64,000 bases of DNA from Epithemia pelagica (Eukaryota > Protista > Bacillariophyta). Below the pieces are notes generated by a model, which was given only the letters and a program-made list of their open reading frames with translations, searched no databases and was not told the origin of the DNA. Below are positions 23,001-32,626 of the stretch, in pieces (position 1 is the stretch's first letter; the number at the start of each line of letters is the position of its first letter). The translations under genes were made by a program, and so were the position numbers. The DNA is taken from assembly GCA_946965045.2 (NCBI GenBank), contig OX337235.1:1116001-1180000 (forward strand). Reading direction: 5' to 3'.

Positions 23001-24162
23001 TTTTTGAAAAGTTCGATCGCGTACGCTGGAGATTACCCCGGCAACGAGGACAACGCAAGTGGTTACTGGGGAAAAACAGCTCCCAATCAACAACCAGGAG
23101 TTCCTGTCCCACAATCGAGTCGTACAAAGCACTCGTGTTGTCGGCAATGGGGGGTACAGTAACGGTAATATTAGTGAAGAAAGGTTTCAAATTCTCAACA
23201 CAACGCTTAGAACCAAGGCACGTGTTGGTCACATAACTCGCCAACGCATGCACAGCACGTGGGACATGCACCTCCGTAGGTACTGCTGTCACACGCATAA
23301 TTACCTCAAACTTGAAATCTTTGGCTGTTGGAACATACGCGCCTTCCTCGCCACCAACGGTAGAACTTTCCGTTGCCATAGTCACACTAGTAGATTCTGT
23401 GTTTTCATTTTCAGCCCCTCTCTTTGCGTTTTTCGACGTGCAATTGGGACGAGGTCGCATGAAAACGTCCACTGCCTCTTTCGTAACATTGGAGGCGGAC
23501 AGTTTCTCACCACTGGTAAGTGGTTTGCGAATTGCTGCTGCATGGACAGCCTGGGCCTTTTCTGAGGCCACCACCTCTGCTCCTCTTCCATCGTTCATTC
23601 CCTTGCCCCTTGTTGTTGTGTTTTTGCTGCATCTGGGGTGGTGAGGGCGATGAGGGATGGCCATTCCTCTTGCCTTGGCCCTGCAGATGGGGCAGTCAAT
23701 GTCGGACTCAAAGATGACCGAAAGGTCCATCTTTCTCCAACCTGAACGCTTCTTCCAACTCTTCTTTGGCCAACGAGAGTACTGATTTCCGTATCGTTGC
23801 GACTGTGGCCCCATGGCCTTGGCCGTTGTGAATTGTGCTGCAGAACTCATGATCTCTATTTGTTATTCTAACTTATTGAAGTGTATCCTCTTTTCCAGGC
23901 TTCTGACCATGCTCAAAAGGGTCATGAGATGGTCAGAAGAGGACTTGTCGCAATGGTCGACTTGGCCATGCCATGGGCGACCGTGAAGGACCGACCGGAT
24001 CGGCTGATGGAATCTTCCCTCCATGTTTTTTGTCCGTGATTCGATGGGTTCCCGGGACACGGTAAGACACTTGTAACGACATTTGTTTCCTGAGTGATTT
24101 TTTGTGAAACGACATTTCTAACCCAATCATATTGCTGCCTTTTGAAACTAACACCCCCTACT
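20059..24162 (-). mobile_element. Mutator-like transposase unit, copy 2
   Basis: Near-identical to 15955..20058. The one difference noticed is G19054 versus A23158, synonymous in the transposase. Confidence 0.85.
20521..23850 (-). CDS. DDE transposase, copy 2 (identical protein)
   Basis: Translation is identical to 16417..19746. Confidence 0.7.
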   Translation of the reverse strand: MSSAAQFTTAKAMGPQSQRYGNQYSRWPKKSWKKRSGWRKMDLSVIFESDIDCPICRAKARGMAIPHRPHHPRCSKNTTTRGKGMNDGRGAEVVASEKAQAVHAAAIRKPLTSGEKLSASNVTKEAVDVFMRPRPNCTSKNAKRGAENENTESTSVTMATESSTVGGEEGAYVPTAKDFKFEVIMRVTAVPTEVHVPRAVHALASYVTNTCLGSKRCVENLKPFFTNITVTVPPIADNTSALYDSIVGQELLVVDWELFFPSNHLRCPRCRGNLQRTRSNFSKNKSLFPIFAMSGPPKYAILMGYKCAGCSAAFYANDGELLARLPPYMAMCYPVEPKYARGTSHLAKDATRIMEASMVTYGNGDYISRMLYEGINTCYEDKTMRYYSYCATTGKESEDYVQKDGEFLVRYPPLGETIRQLYDDGASSEWQPWIVSDNERNTREIQGVRCQHMFAHDHTHQVVKNYPRRLNAAAMWTMATEAGEIACAVLVHDTSALEFAHAAEQVLRRTGFCPKAMYSDTWPCGKDFWLLLVDDLEGRLGLFHFIQRITKTLRQRHIDFGIAMKDLLDAIYKYHPEDLEKLVGSLKNGTISSSKKQYTDKEISEMMGTKTFRQRYSKNLRKIIRGGDTIVLKLEEWKCKYKCTSTPDKPPARGRLDPHSNQPLFTAETHQALENCKEKAKFLADPLPVEKMYREIPPSPRSSNQLVEYVPLRGESKLESFHDNLTHFANCGMRETLADALNLAGTAQYNRAIRHKMRIMTKSQEERSVVPAGWEMVVSFGNACKTNMINILASMSGASRPPFPEVEKLPEDTGERFFSEYLETRKEITQQVPKHPLNDRCQCRKCASNKKRLPHDTSIPLLGLAEEESEVEDEIQQHFSEENPAKIQQPQTQPETQQQTRQETQQQTQQQETAQAQAISSNKRKEREGEEKESDDLDKNNTSNKKQKVTNNSEALPTTTMAATNQSAATVQEQQQQHKEPQNAANSTPAMATTANGLVVLQSATTTTTTRQKNQPVNPYKQNQQRPTTLPDQQQYPFAFHSNPHGWGGLQSVPRCMPTFPPFGPPPRVQTQFCCVKYMKYCVERGKGRPPHDRRCPKRALNKAPSSFS

Positions 24163-24180
24163 CCTCCTCCTCCCTCTCTC

Positions 24181-24808
24181 TACGAGCTAAGGGCTGGGTA
24201 AGCCGATCCATGTTCGGCTAGGTAGGCTCAGTACAAAACCTACGTAGAGTACACAAAATCTCATAGTTGACGTCACGCCGGAAATGGTCGGAATTTCAAA
24301 AAAATGCAAAAACGCTCGACAATGATGGCGAGATCCGGTGACCCCGTATGCATTCACCCATGCATCGCATAAACATCCAACCACCGTAAGTCCTTTGCCT
24401 TTACCTTTGAAATTGTTGTCTGAAATTACAGAAGATTTGCCAAGTTGGCTGAAAAGGTACGCTGATTTTTCTGCAGTGATGAAATCGAACGACTGCCCTA
24501 ACTCACTCATTTTTCAATGCTGACTCGACCGAATTGAAACCATAGTTGAACTAGTAGTAAAGAGTCTTATTCTAAAAGCGGTTTAGGTGAGCTCTATTAT
24601 TGAGGAAGTTATGGCCATGGGGGTGATGGCTTCCACCATTGTCGAGCGATTTGCATTGTTTCTCGTGGCAGCAAGTTTTCAGTTTGCGACTCGGTGTGAC
24701 CATCCGCCCCACTTCTTACACAGACGAAAATAGTACTACGTAGGTTAATGTACTGAGCCTACTTAGCCGAACATGGATCGGCTTACCCAGACCCAGCCCT
24801 TACTCGTA
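24181..24808. mobile_element. Non-autonomous TIR element (MITE), about 630 bp
   Basis: Left end tacgagctaagggctgggtaagccgatccatgttcggctaggtaggctcagtaca; right end tgtactgagcctacttagccgaacatggatcggcttacccagacccagcccttactcgta (inverted match of ~55 bp with small indels). The TSD is either TA (24188-9/24801-2) or CTCTC (24176-80/24809-13). No transposase inside. Confidence 0.8.
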
Positions 24809-25752
24809 CTCTCTACTCGTACTTGTACTTTCTACTCCTACCAACTCGTACCTCGTGCGAGTACGCAACAACAACAAAGAGGGCAATAGGCAATAGGAGT
24901 CGTTCACGTGGAATGCTTTCAGGAAGAACGAAAGAAGCAGCAAGGAAGCGGAAGGAGCTTTTAGGATAGCCAATCAAAACGCAGGACCATGGACCATGCG
25001 GATCTTGTACAGAAAGAACATACTCCTAATATTGTTCTAAACAACGTACAAAAGGCGAATCATAAGCATCCACGTCATATTGGCTTGGTCTACGTGTACG
25101 TGCCATTGCCATGGCTGCAACCTGCAACACGGCGACGGGTAAAGGCGATATCATGATGATGATGTGTTGCGCTTTGCGCTGTCCAAACATCATACGCCTC
25201 CCCTGTCGATAATAAAGAGGAGGACGACGACGACAACACAACAACTCCTGTCGTCTACGCGTCTACGCAATGGCAGTGAGGAGTGAGGTTTCATGCAACT
25301 GCAGAAGAGACATTGTCGTTGTTGGCGGTCATGAATTACACCTTCCCTGTTCGAGCTCTATGTAGTCTACGTATATGGTGCATATCCCTCTTCTCTCTAG
25401 GGTGGTACTCCTAATAACATGAACAGAATAGTTCAATTAGAAGCGTTTCGTATTTTAGGTAGGCCTCGTCCGTCTCTCTGGGATAACTCGTTTGTTGCTC
25501 TACCTCTACTACTAGTATGTGAGCGTTATCATTCCTCTCTAAGTAGTTGTTCGTAGTCGGAGGAGCTATGAGGTTGCGACCAAAGATGAATCGTGTGTCC
25601 CGCCCATCACAGTTTGTTTGGAGAGTGCCCTACTCTTCCATTGGAATGAGATTGATCGGTACGCCTCGTAACCGTACCAACACGGCAGGATTTGGAATTC
25701 CAGCATCTCTTTGGTTCGTCCATGGCGCCCCTTATTTTCTGTTTCTCTCTCT

Positions 25753-27429
25753 CTACGAGGAGACTGTTGTGGACCGACGACGACACGACGGTGGTAGTGG
25801 AACGGGGTTCCATCCGACGGCTTGTAAATTACGTTCAATGCCATCTTGATGGGCCATGCCCACGACGGCCACCAAGACGGGATATTCCGAGAGGGAATCC
25901 AGGACGGTGGCCATGTAGGCATCCCGTTCCGTCACCATGACTTGTACCAAGGCCGGTGCCACGGTTTGCAATTCTTGCATCATGGTCCGAATGGTACTGC
26001 GCGATTTCAAGGTTTCCACATAGGCGGCCAACTCTTGTTGAAACTCACTATTGGACGACGATGATGATGACGTAGTCGCGTCGCCCTTTTTACTACGACT
26101 GTCGCTGCCCCACAATTCGGCCGCCAAGGAGAGGGTGGAATCGTCGTCGTTTTGTTCTTGTTGTTGTTGTTGCGCAAAGTCTTGGACGCGTTGCCAATCC
26201 GTGGCTTGGAGTGCCAAGGACAAGCGTTGCAAGGTAACTTGAACATCTTGATCGCCCAAGACCAAGTCGGCCCCCACAACTTGTCCAGCGTCGAGGGCAT
26301 TGGCAAATTCTTGTCCCGGTTGAAATCCCGCCTTGCCCAAACTTTGATACATGCTTTTAATGGCTTGACCGGCCACGGCGGCACCGAAATTGGTTGGATT
26401 GAACCAACCACTACCAGGAGTGGAACGACGGGACGACGGGGTGGTGGTGACCGCGTCCTTGTTGTTGTTGTCTGTAATGGCAGGGGACGATGCGACGACT
26501 TGTGGTTGTTCTGGTAGTGTCGGGGATGCGGGGACTAACGAGAGGGTCGTATCCTCACTCGGCAAGGGCGGTGGCGTAATGCGTGGTACCACAATGCGAG
26601 ACACTGGCGAGACGGAAGAGGAGGATCCACCCAAGGAGTCACTACTGGTACCAGCCGAGGCCATGGACGGACTGGTCAAGTAGAGTCGATTGGGGACAAT
26701 TGGTTTGTTGTTGTTGTCGTCCAAAGAGCTGCTGCTCGTACTGGTGCTGCTGGTGGCCACAAATTGTTTTTGCAAACTATTCTTGCCAGCCACGCGACGC
26801 AAATCCAATTCGACCATGACCGCTTGGGGATGAGTATCCAAGACGAGTTGACGAGCCAATTCGGCCGAGGATTCCGAAATGTGGGCCGTCCCCAACAAAT
26901 ACAAGAGTCGTGGTGATGGCGATGCCGAAGAGGAGGGCAATTTCCAAATGGAAACGGACGGATCGCACAAGGACAACGACGACAAGGGCATGTTGTCGGG
27001 GAGGGTTGTTCCTGCGGCCGTGGCTGGATGGGGCAGCAGACAGGACGATGCCACGGACAAGCATGACGCGAGCCACTGTCGACGTGAGGACGACGAGTCG
27101 AACAGTATACTTGGTGTCGCAGTTTCGTTTGGTGTTGGTTCAGGGTTGGTTTGTGCCTGTGGTTCATCGTCGGAAGGTATCATGGTCCTCCTCTTCCTCC
27201 AAGAGTCGTTCAAAGATCCCCATGAAGGATCATGATACCTGCCGCTGCTCCGGCTGTATCGACCATGGTTGGTACCGTTTCTGGTACAACGAATCGGGTC
27301 CTTTTGGGTTGTCCTTCTTCTGGCCGTAGTGCCAGAACGAACAAATGCCTGGACTTCCGGCACGAACGCACCCAACACTACAACCAGGATCACGACAAAG
27401 ATGGTCGGTCTCGAGGCCCCCACACGCAT
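25753..27429 (-). CDS. TraB/PrgY-domain protein with a predicted signal peptide
   Basis: Motifs LYLLGTAHIS, AVMVELDLRR, GQEF...LVLGDQDVQVTLQR, VTERDAYMA and VAVVGMAHQDGI. Likely start MRVGASRPTIFVVILVVVLGAFVPEVQAF at 27429. Confidence 0.85.
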   Translation of the reverse strand: MRVGASRPTIFVVILVVVLGAFVPEVQAFVRSGTTARRRTTQKDPIRCTRNGTNHGRYSRSSGRYHDPSWGSLNDSWRKRRTMIPSDDEPQAQTNPEPTPNETATPSILFDSSSSRRQWLASCLSVASSCLLPHPATAAGTTLPDNMPLSSLSLCDPSVSIWKLPSSSASPSPRLLYLLGTAHISESSAELARQLVLDTHPQAVMVELDLRRVAGKNSLQKQFVATSSTSTSSSSLDDNNNKPIVPNRLYLTSPSMASAGTSSDSLGGSSSSVSPVSRIVVPRITPPPLPSEDTTLSLVPASPTLPEQPQVVASSPAITDNNNKDAVTTTPSSRRSTPGSGWFNPTNFGAAVAGQAIKSMYQSLGKAGFQPGQEFANALDAGQVVGADLVLGDQDVQVTLQRLSLALQATDWQRVQDFAQQQQQEQNDDDSTLSLAAELWGSDSRSKKGDATTSSSSSSNSEFQQELAAYVETLKSRSTIRTMMQELQTVAPALVQVMVTERDAYMATVLDSLSEYPVLVAVVGMAHQDGIERNLQAVGWNPVPLPPSCRRRSTTVSS

Positions 27430-28664
27430 GCTGTTTGTTCTTGTTGTGTTGTTGTTAGGTAGGTCTCGTTTCTTGGTTGCTCCGACAAGGCTCTTTAGTG
27501 CACGCGTTCGTCTCTCTGGTCGATCTGTCAAACCGTAGTAGATAGTAGAATGAGGAACCGGCAAGCGGTGAATAGACAGGATCCGCAGCGAGGTATCCAT
27601 CCAAGCAAGGGGAGGATTGCCAATGGAACAGGACTGGAAAGGATATCGGAAATCGGAATACCAGCTCACAGTCGTAAGGGTGTTGCTGGTGCCGTACTCG
27701 TACTAGCTAGGTAGTAGGAGTAGCTCACCCAAAGATCCCCTAGCTAGAGATATCTATGCCTCGGCTTTGCTGTGCGAACTATTTGGTATCAATGGATGTC
27801 GTTACTCAGAGAGGAAGAGTCGTAGAAGTATGGTACGGTGTATTTGCTGATGAACTTCAACAACTACCTACCTACGAGGTCTCTCGGTAGAGAATTTTCG
27901 TGGCAACTACAAAATTTCTGGTGACATCCCGGCCTGGGTCTTGGGGGGAGGCACACATTTGCTTTCGCGACGAAGCTCTTTGACCGTACGTATCTGGGTT
28001 TCAGCTCTTTGCCAGCAACGACGGTCGATGTCGAGTGCGGACACATTTGGAACTCGAGAGGTCATGGACTTTGAACGAAACACCTTCGGGGGATCCCAGC
28101 TCAAGAATTCCCGCTTCGAAAAGATGCTTCTTGTGACCTCACGGCTCACTTGGAGTTCTTGGCCATGTTGCGAGCCCAGGAAGAGAAGGAGGCCGCTCGG
28201 GCCCAAGACGAGGATCCCAAAGACTTTATTGTCATCCCAAGACGATTTGATTCATTCGCCAATCTTCACCTCCTTCAACACAGCAACACAGATTTGTGGG
28301 AAGTCAAAGCTAGACTACAATCCACCATAGGATGTTGAGCGTGAGGTTCGGATTCTCTGACGAGCGCGCCAATCCAAAGTAGCCCACGCTTCGAGCAAGT
28401 CATGAGAAGGGAGCCTGGTACTCAAGTGCTAGTAAGCTGCGACATCACAGCCTTGCTTGATTACATCGGCCACTGAGGAACTCCCGTATTGCTGCATTTT
28501 CTAGAATGAATTGTTTCAAGATAATGACCTTGTTCATTTCGTTCTTGGAGCCAATTAATAGCTGTCGACTGGCATCCACCACCTTCCGCACAGTGTACGT
28601 TGGAACAGGGTCAAAATTCTAAACGAGGAAGGACAGCGACACAACACAACCTCGGCTCTCGTCT

Positions 28665-30185
28665 TTAGGGCTGCAAACGCAGTACCTTTTCGGTTTCGTT
28701 GCGCATTTTGCAAATGCAACTGCCAAAGTCCTCTTCAAAATAGAAGGTGCAACGATTGGGATCTGCCGTGACGGGACTTTTCCCGCGTGGACCGCGGAGA
28801 TCGACCACTAGGTACTCGTTTGTGTCCACCTCACGATACTTGCCCGTTGTTGGATGAAACCGTGCGAGATGTCGTCCAATTCCAATTCCTTCTTTCAACA
28901 GTTCAAGCGCCCACTTTAATTCGCTGTTGACGTAAAAATCCAACTCCCCCGAAACCACCTTGCCGTTTTGGGTGGCTATTGTGTTTAGCTCAGGGAGGAC
29001 GCTGTTCTTTGGAGGTAAAAGTTTGTTCATCTCTTCGTTGAAAAGCTGTTGGAATGCTGCTTCCTTCGGGAAATTGCCTTGGTCCCTGGACCTTTGTAGC
29101 CCAAGTTGTGACATGGATTCGACAGCCCGGATGACAAGGGCGTCGAGTGTTGCTGGCGCGCTGGTGGCTCGTCCAGGAAAGAAGTAAGCATTGTAATACC
29201 AATTTGCGGCAAGACAGGAAAATCCCCCAGACTCGTTCAGCAAGCCTCTCCGGACAAAGGGAAAAGCTGGGTCGGATGACAAAATCGGGTTCGATTGGAT
29301 ACCCCCCATCAAGTTGTCCACAATCGCTGCCTTGGCAGTATCGGGTAGTTGTCTTGGCTTGGCGAAACAGCGATCGAGATTGCTGATCATGACTGTAGAG
29401 CGAAGGCTGTGCATGGCATCGTTTTCTGTGTAGGCCGGTCTCTTGAAGTTGCTTTGCAGGAGGTAAATCCCCGCAATCACGACACCAATGTGAAAGCGCG
29501 AAGAAGACGAGGCATCGCCGCCCCCCGTGACGTTATTGTTCGAAGGATGGACAATAATCCAGCTCAGGCTCAGGAGGGTATCGCAAAAGCTGCTCCAGTT
29601 CGCCATGCCACCCTGCCATCCTTGAGTATGTAGCTGATAGAGCGTACGGGCTTCCTGCTCGGTGATGTGGGGAGAAATGTGGGGATGGGCATTGAAATGC
29701 ACCGGGGACACTCCCAGAGTCTCGTCGTATGTGGACGCCACAACAATGAAAAGTTTGTCTTTCAAGCCGTACTTGACGATGCTTTTGAAGAGAAAGGACC
29801 ACACCGGCTCGAATCGAGCGGAATATCCGTTTTGGGCCTCGTCAATGAGCAACCACAAGCCGCGGTCCCTCGCCTGGAAGGCCTGGACGGTCTCGTCGCG
29901 ATTGGCCGTCACACCATGGCTTTTGAGTACGTCGAAAATGTCATCTGGAGCGGACGGGGTGTTGACAATGTCAATGGACACAACTTTGTCGCCCGCCTTT
30001 TCCATCTTTTGTCGGAGGAGTTCCAACAGCGACGATTTTCCCGTGGCCGGGGGGCCGCCCACAATCACATACTGACGTGCTCGGGCCAAGGCTTCGACTT
30101 GGCGCAAAAGACCCTCCCGCTGCAAATGCGGCCGCGTCAGGTCGATGCTGTCGGGTTGTAGAATGGCGTCATATCTTCCTGTCAT
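28665..30185 (-). CDS. Crinkler-like NTPase + restriction-endonuclease-fold protein, 506 aa
   Basis: Walker A GGPPATGKS; Walker B LWLLIDEAQ; C-terminal FPKEAAFQQLF...SGELDFYVNSELKWALELLKEG...HLARF. Confidence 0.7.
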   Translation of the reverse strand: MTGRYDAILQPDSIDLTRPHLQREGLLRQVEALARARQYVIVGGPPATGKSSLLELLRQKMEKAGDKVVSIDIVNTPSAPDDIFDVLKSHGVTANRDETVQAFQARDRGLWLLIDEAQNGYSARFEPVWSFLFKSIVKYGLKDKLFIVVASTYDETLGVSPVHFNAHPHISPHITEQEARTLYQLHTQGWQGGMANWSSFCDTLLSLSWIIVHPSNNNVTGGGDASSSSRFHIGVVIAGIYLLQSNFKRPAYTENDAMHSLRSTVMISNLDRCFAKPRQLPDTAKAAIVDNLMGGIQSNPILSSDPAFPFVRRGLLNESGGFSCLAANWYYNAYFFPGRATSAPATLDALVIRAVESMSQLGLQRSRDQGNFPKEAAFQQLFNEEMNKLLPPKNSVLPELNTIATQNGKVVSGELDFYVNSELKWALELLKEGIGIGRHLARFHPTTGKYREVDTNEYLVVDLRGPRGKSPVTADPNRCTFYFEEDFGSCICKMRNETEKVLRLQP

Positions 30186-30980
30186 GGTTCATTGTTGCTG
30201 TTTGAATAGGCAATAGAGACCGAGAGACGGTGTGGTATATTGTAAATGGTGTCGAATCGGCTTTCTCCTGCTGGGGTGTGGGGTACTTTTTGGTATTTTT
30301 TCCCATTAACGTTTGAGTAACATGCGGGGTGCACCACGCCAAAATACAAAATGCCCCACGGCCCTGGACCCTGGACACAGAACGACTGGCTTTATACTTT
30401 GGATCATAGTGGTAGGTAGTCTATGTGGATGGAACTCTACAAAAAAGGTCACTCCTGATAAAATACTTAATATAATAGATGTCGACCATACAATGAAACA
30501 CACCATGACAATACGACGACAGTGTGTGTCTCAAGTGCAAAACACACCATGATCGAACCGAAGGAAATTCGATTCTCTTTGGGGGCGCGAGGAAGAGTGG
30601 GCGAGTACCATGTGGTTCGTTCGACTGTTGTGTGATCCTTTCTCCTCTACTTCCTAGTAGTCTGTAATTTGGCCTTTCCGGGATGTGGCGTGGGATTTGG
30701 AATGGGACAGTGTCGGTCCGGATCAAGGCGTTCCAAAGTAGTTGTTGTTGATTTTGTTGTGTCGATCTGCGCGGATTTCAATGCACGTCACGATACGTAA
30801 ATAGATATATGGAGAGAGAGCCGTTGGATCCCTGTGTCGATCGGTCATGAATTTGGTACGCGAACATGCATGCCTGGACCCCTCCAAAAAATCATTGCAA
30901 GCTATTAGAGCTCCAAATGTCAATGAAAGGACCATACTAGTATGCCCTATTTTATGCAGGAGTAGTAGGAGTAGTAGGTA

Positions 30981-32222
30981 TTAGTGGCCAGTGCTCGAGA
31001 TACTACCAGGACCAGCTATGAGACGAGCTCGTTTGTTGCTGTGGTTTCTTTGGGAGATGATGCGTTGCGGCTGCTCCCAGAGTCGACAAAAGCACCACGA
31101 ATTTTTGTCCACTAGCGGTAGTGTCGCACAGGACGGATTGCGACTTCCACCCAGTACGGTGACCAGTGGTTGCGGATGGGACACCGCTACCAAACTGCAG
31201 AAAGCCCTGCCATCCCCCAGGGGTGGGAGATTCCACACGCGGTTGCGGTGCGTCGTCGTATCCAAGACTTGCAAGATAGGGCCCACGTTGATACTGTGCA
31301 TTCCCACCACCATCAGACAGGAGCCAAGGGCAACCGCCGCTCCGTGCAGAGTACTTGGAAAGGAAAGTTCCAATTCCGAATGAATGGTCCAGGAACCCTC
31401 CTTTGTCTCGTCCTTGTCACAAGGCTTTGCAAAATCCCAGTACTCTACCGAGTCAAGTTCCTCGTCCTCGCCTTCCGACTCATCGTTCTCTTTGTTGCTG
31501 CCTCCAAGGACAAATATGCGGTTACCAATGACCGCACTGGCACAGAATAGTCGAGGATTGTTCATGGATGGTCCGGCAGTGACTGTGTGGTTCCTGGTAT
31601 CCAGAATATCCACCGACGCTAAGTCTTTCCGAATAAGCCTGCCGTGGAAATCACTATATACCCAGTCCATTCCACCCATTACGACAATATAGCGATCGTG
31701 AACCGCAACCGCACAACATCCTTGTGGAACAGTCGAAAGTCGACAGTTTAACGTCGTCCAATGGTAGCTCTCCTGTGTGCTGCTGCTGCTTGTTGTCGTC
31801 GAAGATGAAGATGATGCTTGCAGTAACTCAGGAACGCCAATCCGTTCGATAATATCAGCGGAGGGACAAAATCCTCCCAAGACATAAATGCTTCCATTGC
31901 ACACAACAGCGGCAGTAGCTTGACGATTCTCGTTCAGACGAGGTCCTTCTCGCTATTGCTTGTTTGATTCTTCCAGATTCAATACAAGAACGGACTTGGA
32001 GGAAGATTGGATTGGACCCTGTCCGCCCAACACAACAACCGATTGTGCCCTGCTGCTGCTAGGAGAGTTTGTGTGGTCCGGCGTGTCGGTACTACAATGA
32101 TTGACAACAACCGAAGCATAGTGCCAACCACTCCTAAGTGGAGGCCAGTTGTTGGAATTCCACTCATCGTCCAAAAGGACAAGGTCCGATTGTCGTGCTT
32201 GTTCGGTCAGTGTCGTGGCCAT
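30981..32222 (-). pseudogene. Kelch-repeat protein with a premature stop (TAG 31955..31953)
   Basis: Kelch units VVVLGG, IYVLGG, IVVMGG, IFVLGG and VTVLGG. ORFs 31953..32222 and 30981..31904 are in the same frame, joined by NKQ*REGPRLNENR (probably TGG to TAG). Confidence 0.7.
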
Positions 32223-32626
32223 GGTTCCTCAAAACCTTTCTCTTTCGCTTTCTTGGTTCTGAGTTTTGTTGACAGGTTTTGGTTGGCGCCGACAGCTTCT
32301 TCCCAGCTATACTCCAATCAATGTACCATATTGGTCGCACATTTGACGGTGGCTGTATATCCGGGTTGGTTTGAAGCCAGACGGCAAAGAATGTCTGTCG
32401 TGCATTCCATTCCATCTGTCGCCGCCCACACCGACAGACACAATCGAATGCGATGCGGTTGATGGCAAACGAATCTTGGCTCCAGAAATAATCCATATTA
32501 TAATACCATTAATACACCTTACACCTGACATATACCATCTGGAGAGATTCCAACAGAAGCAACAAAGGAGCATAATATAAAGTCGGGAGACTGAGAGGTG
32601 GAACGGCTCTTTTCGGAGATCCAGCA

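Noticed and set aside
27864-28640. Possible degraded gene next to the second NTPase-REase gene
   Set aside because: The fragments are stop-riddled with no identifiable motif.
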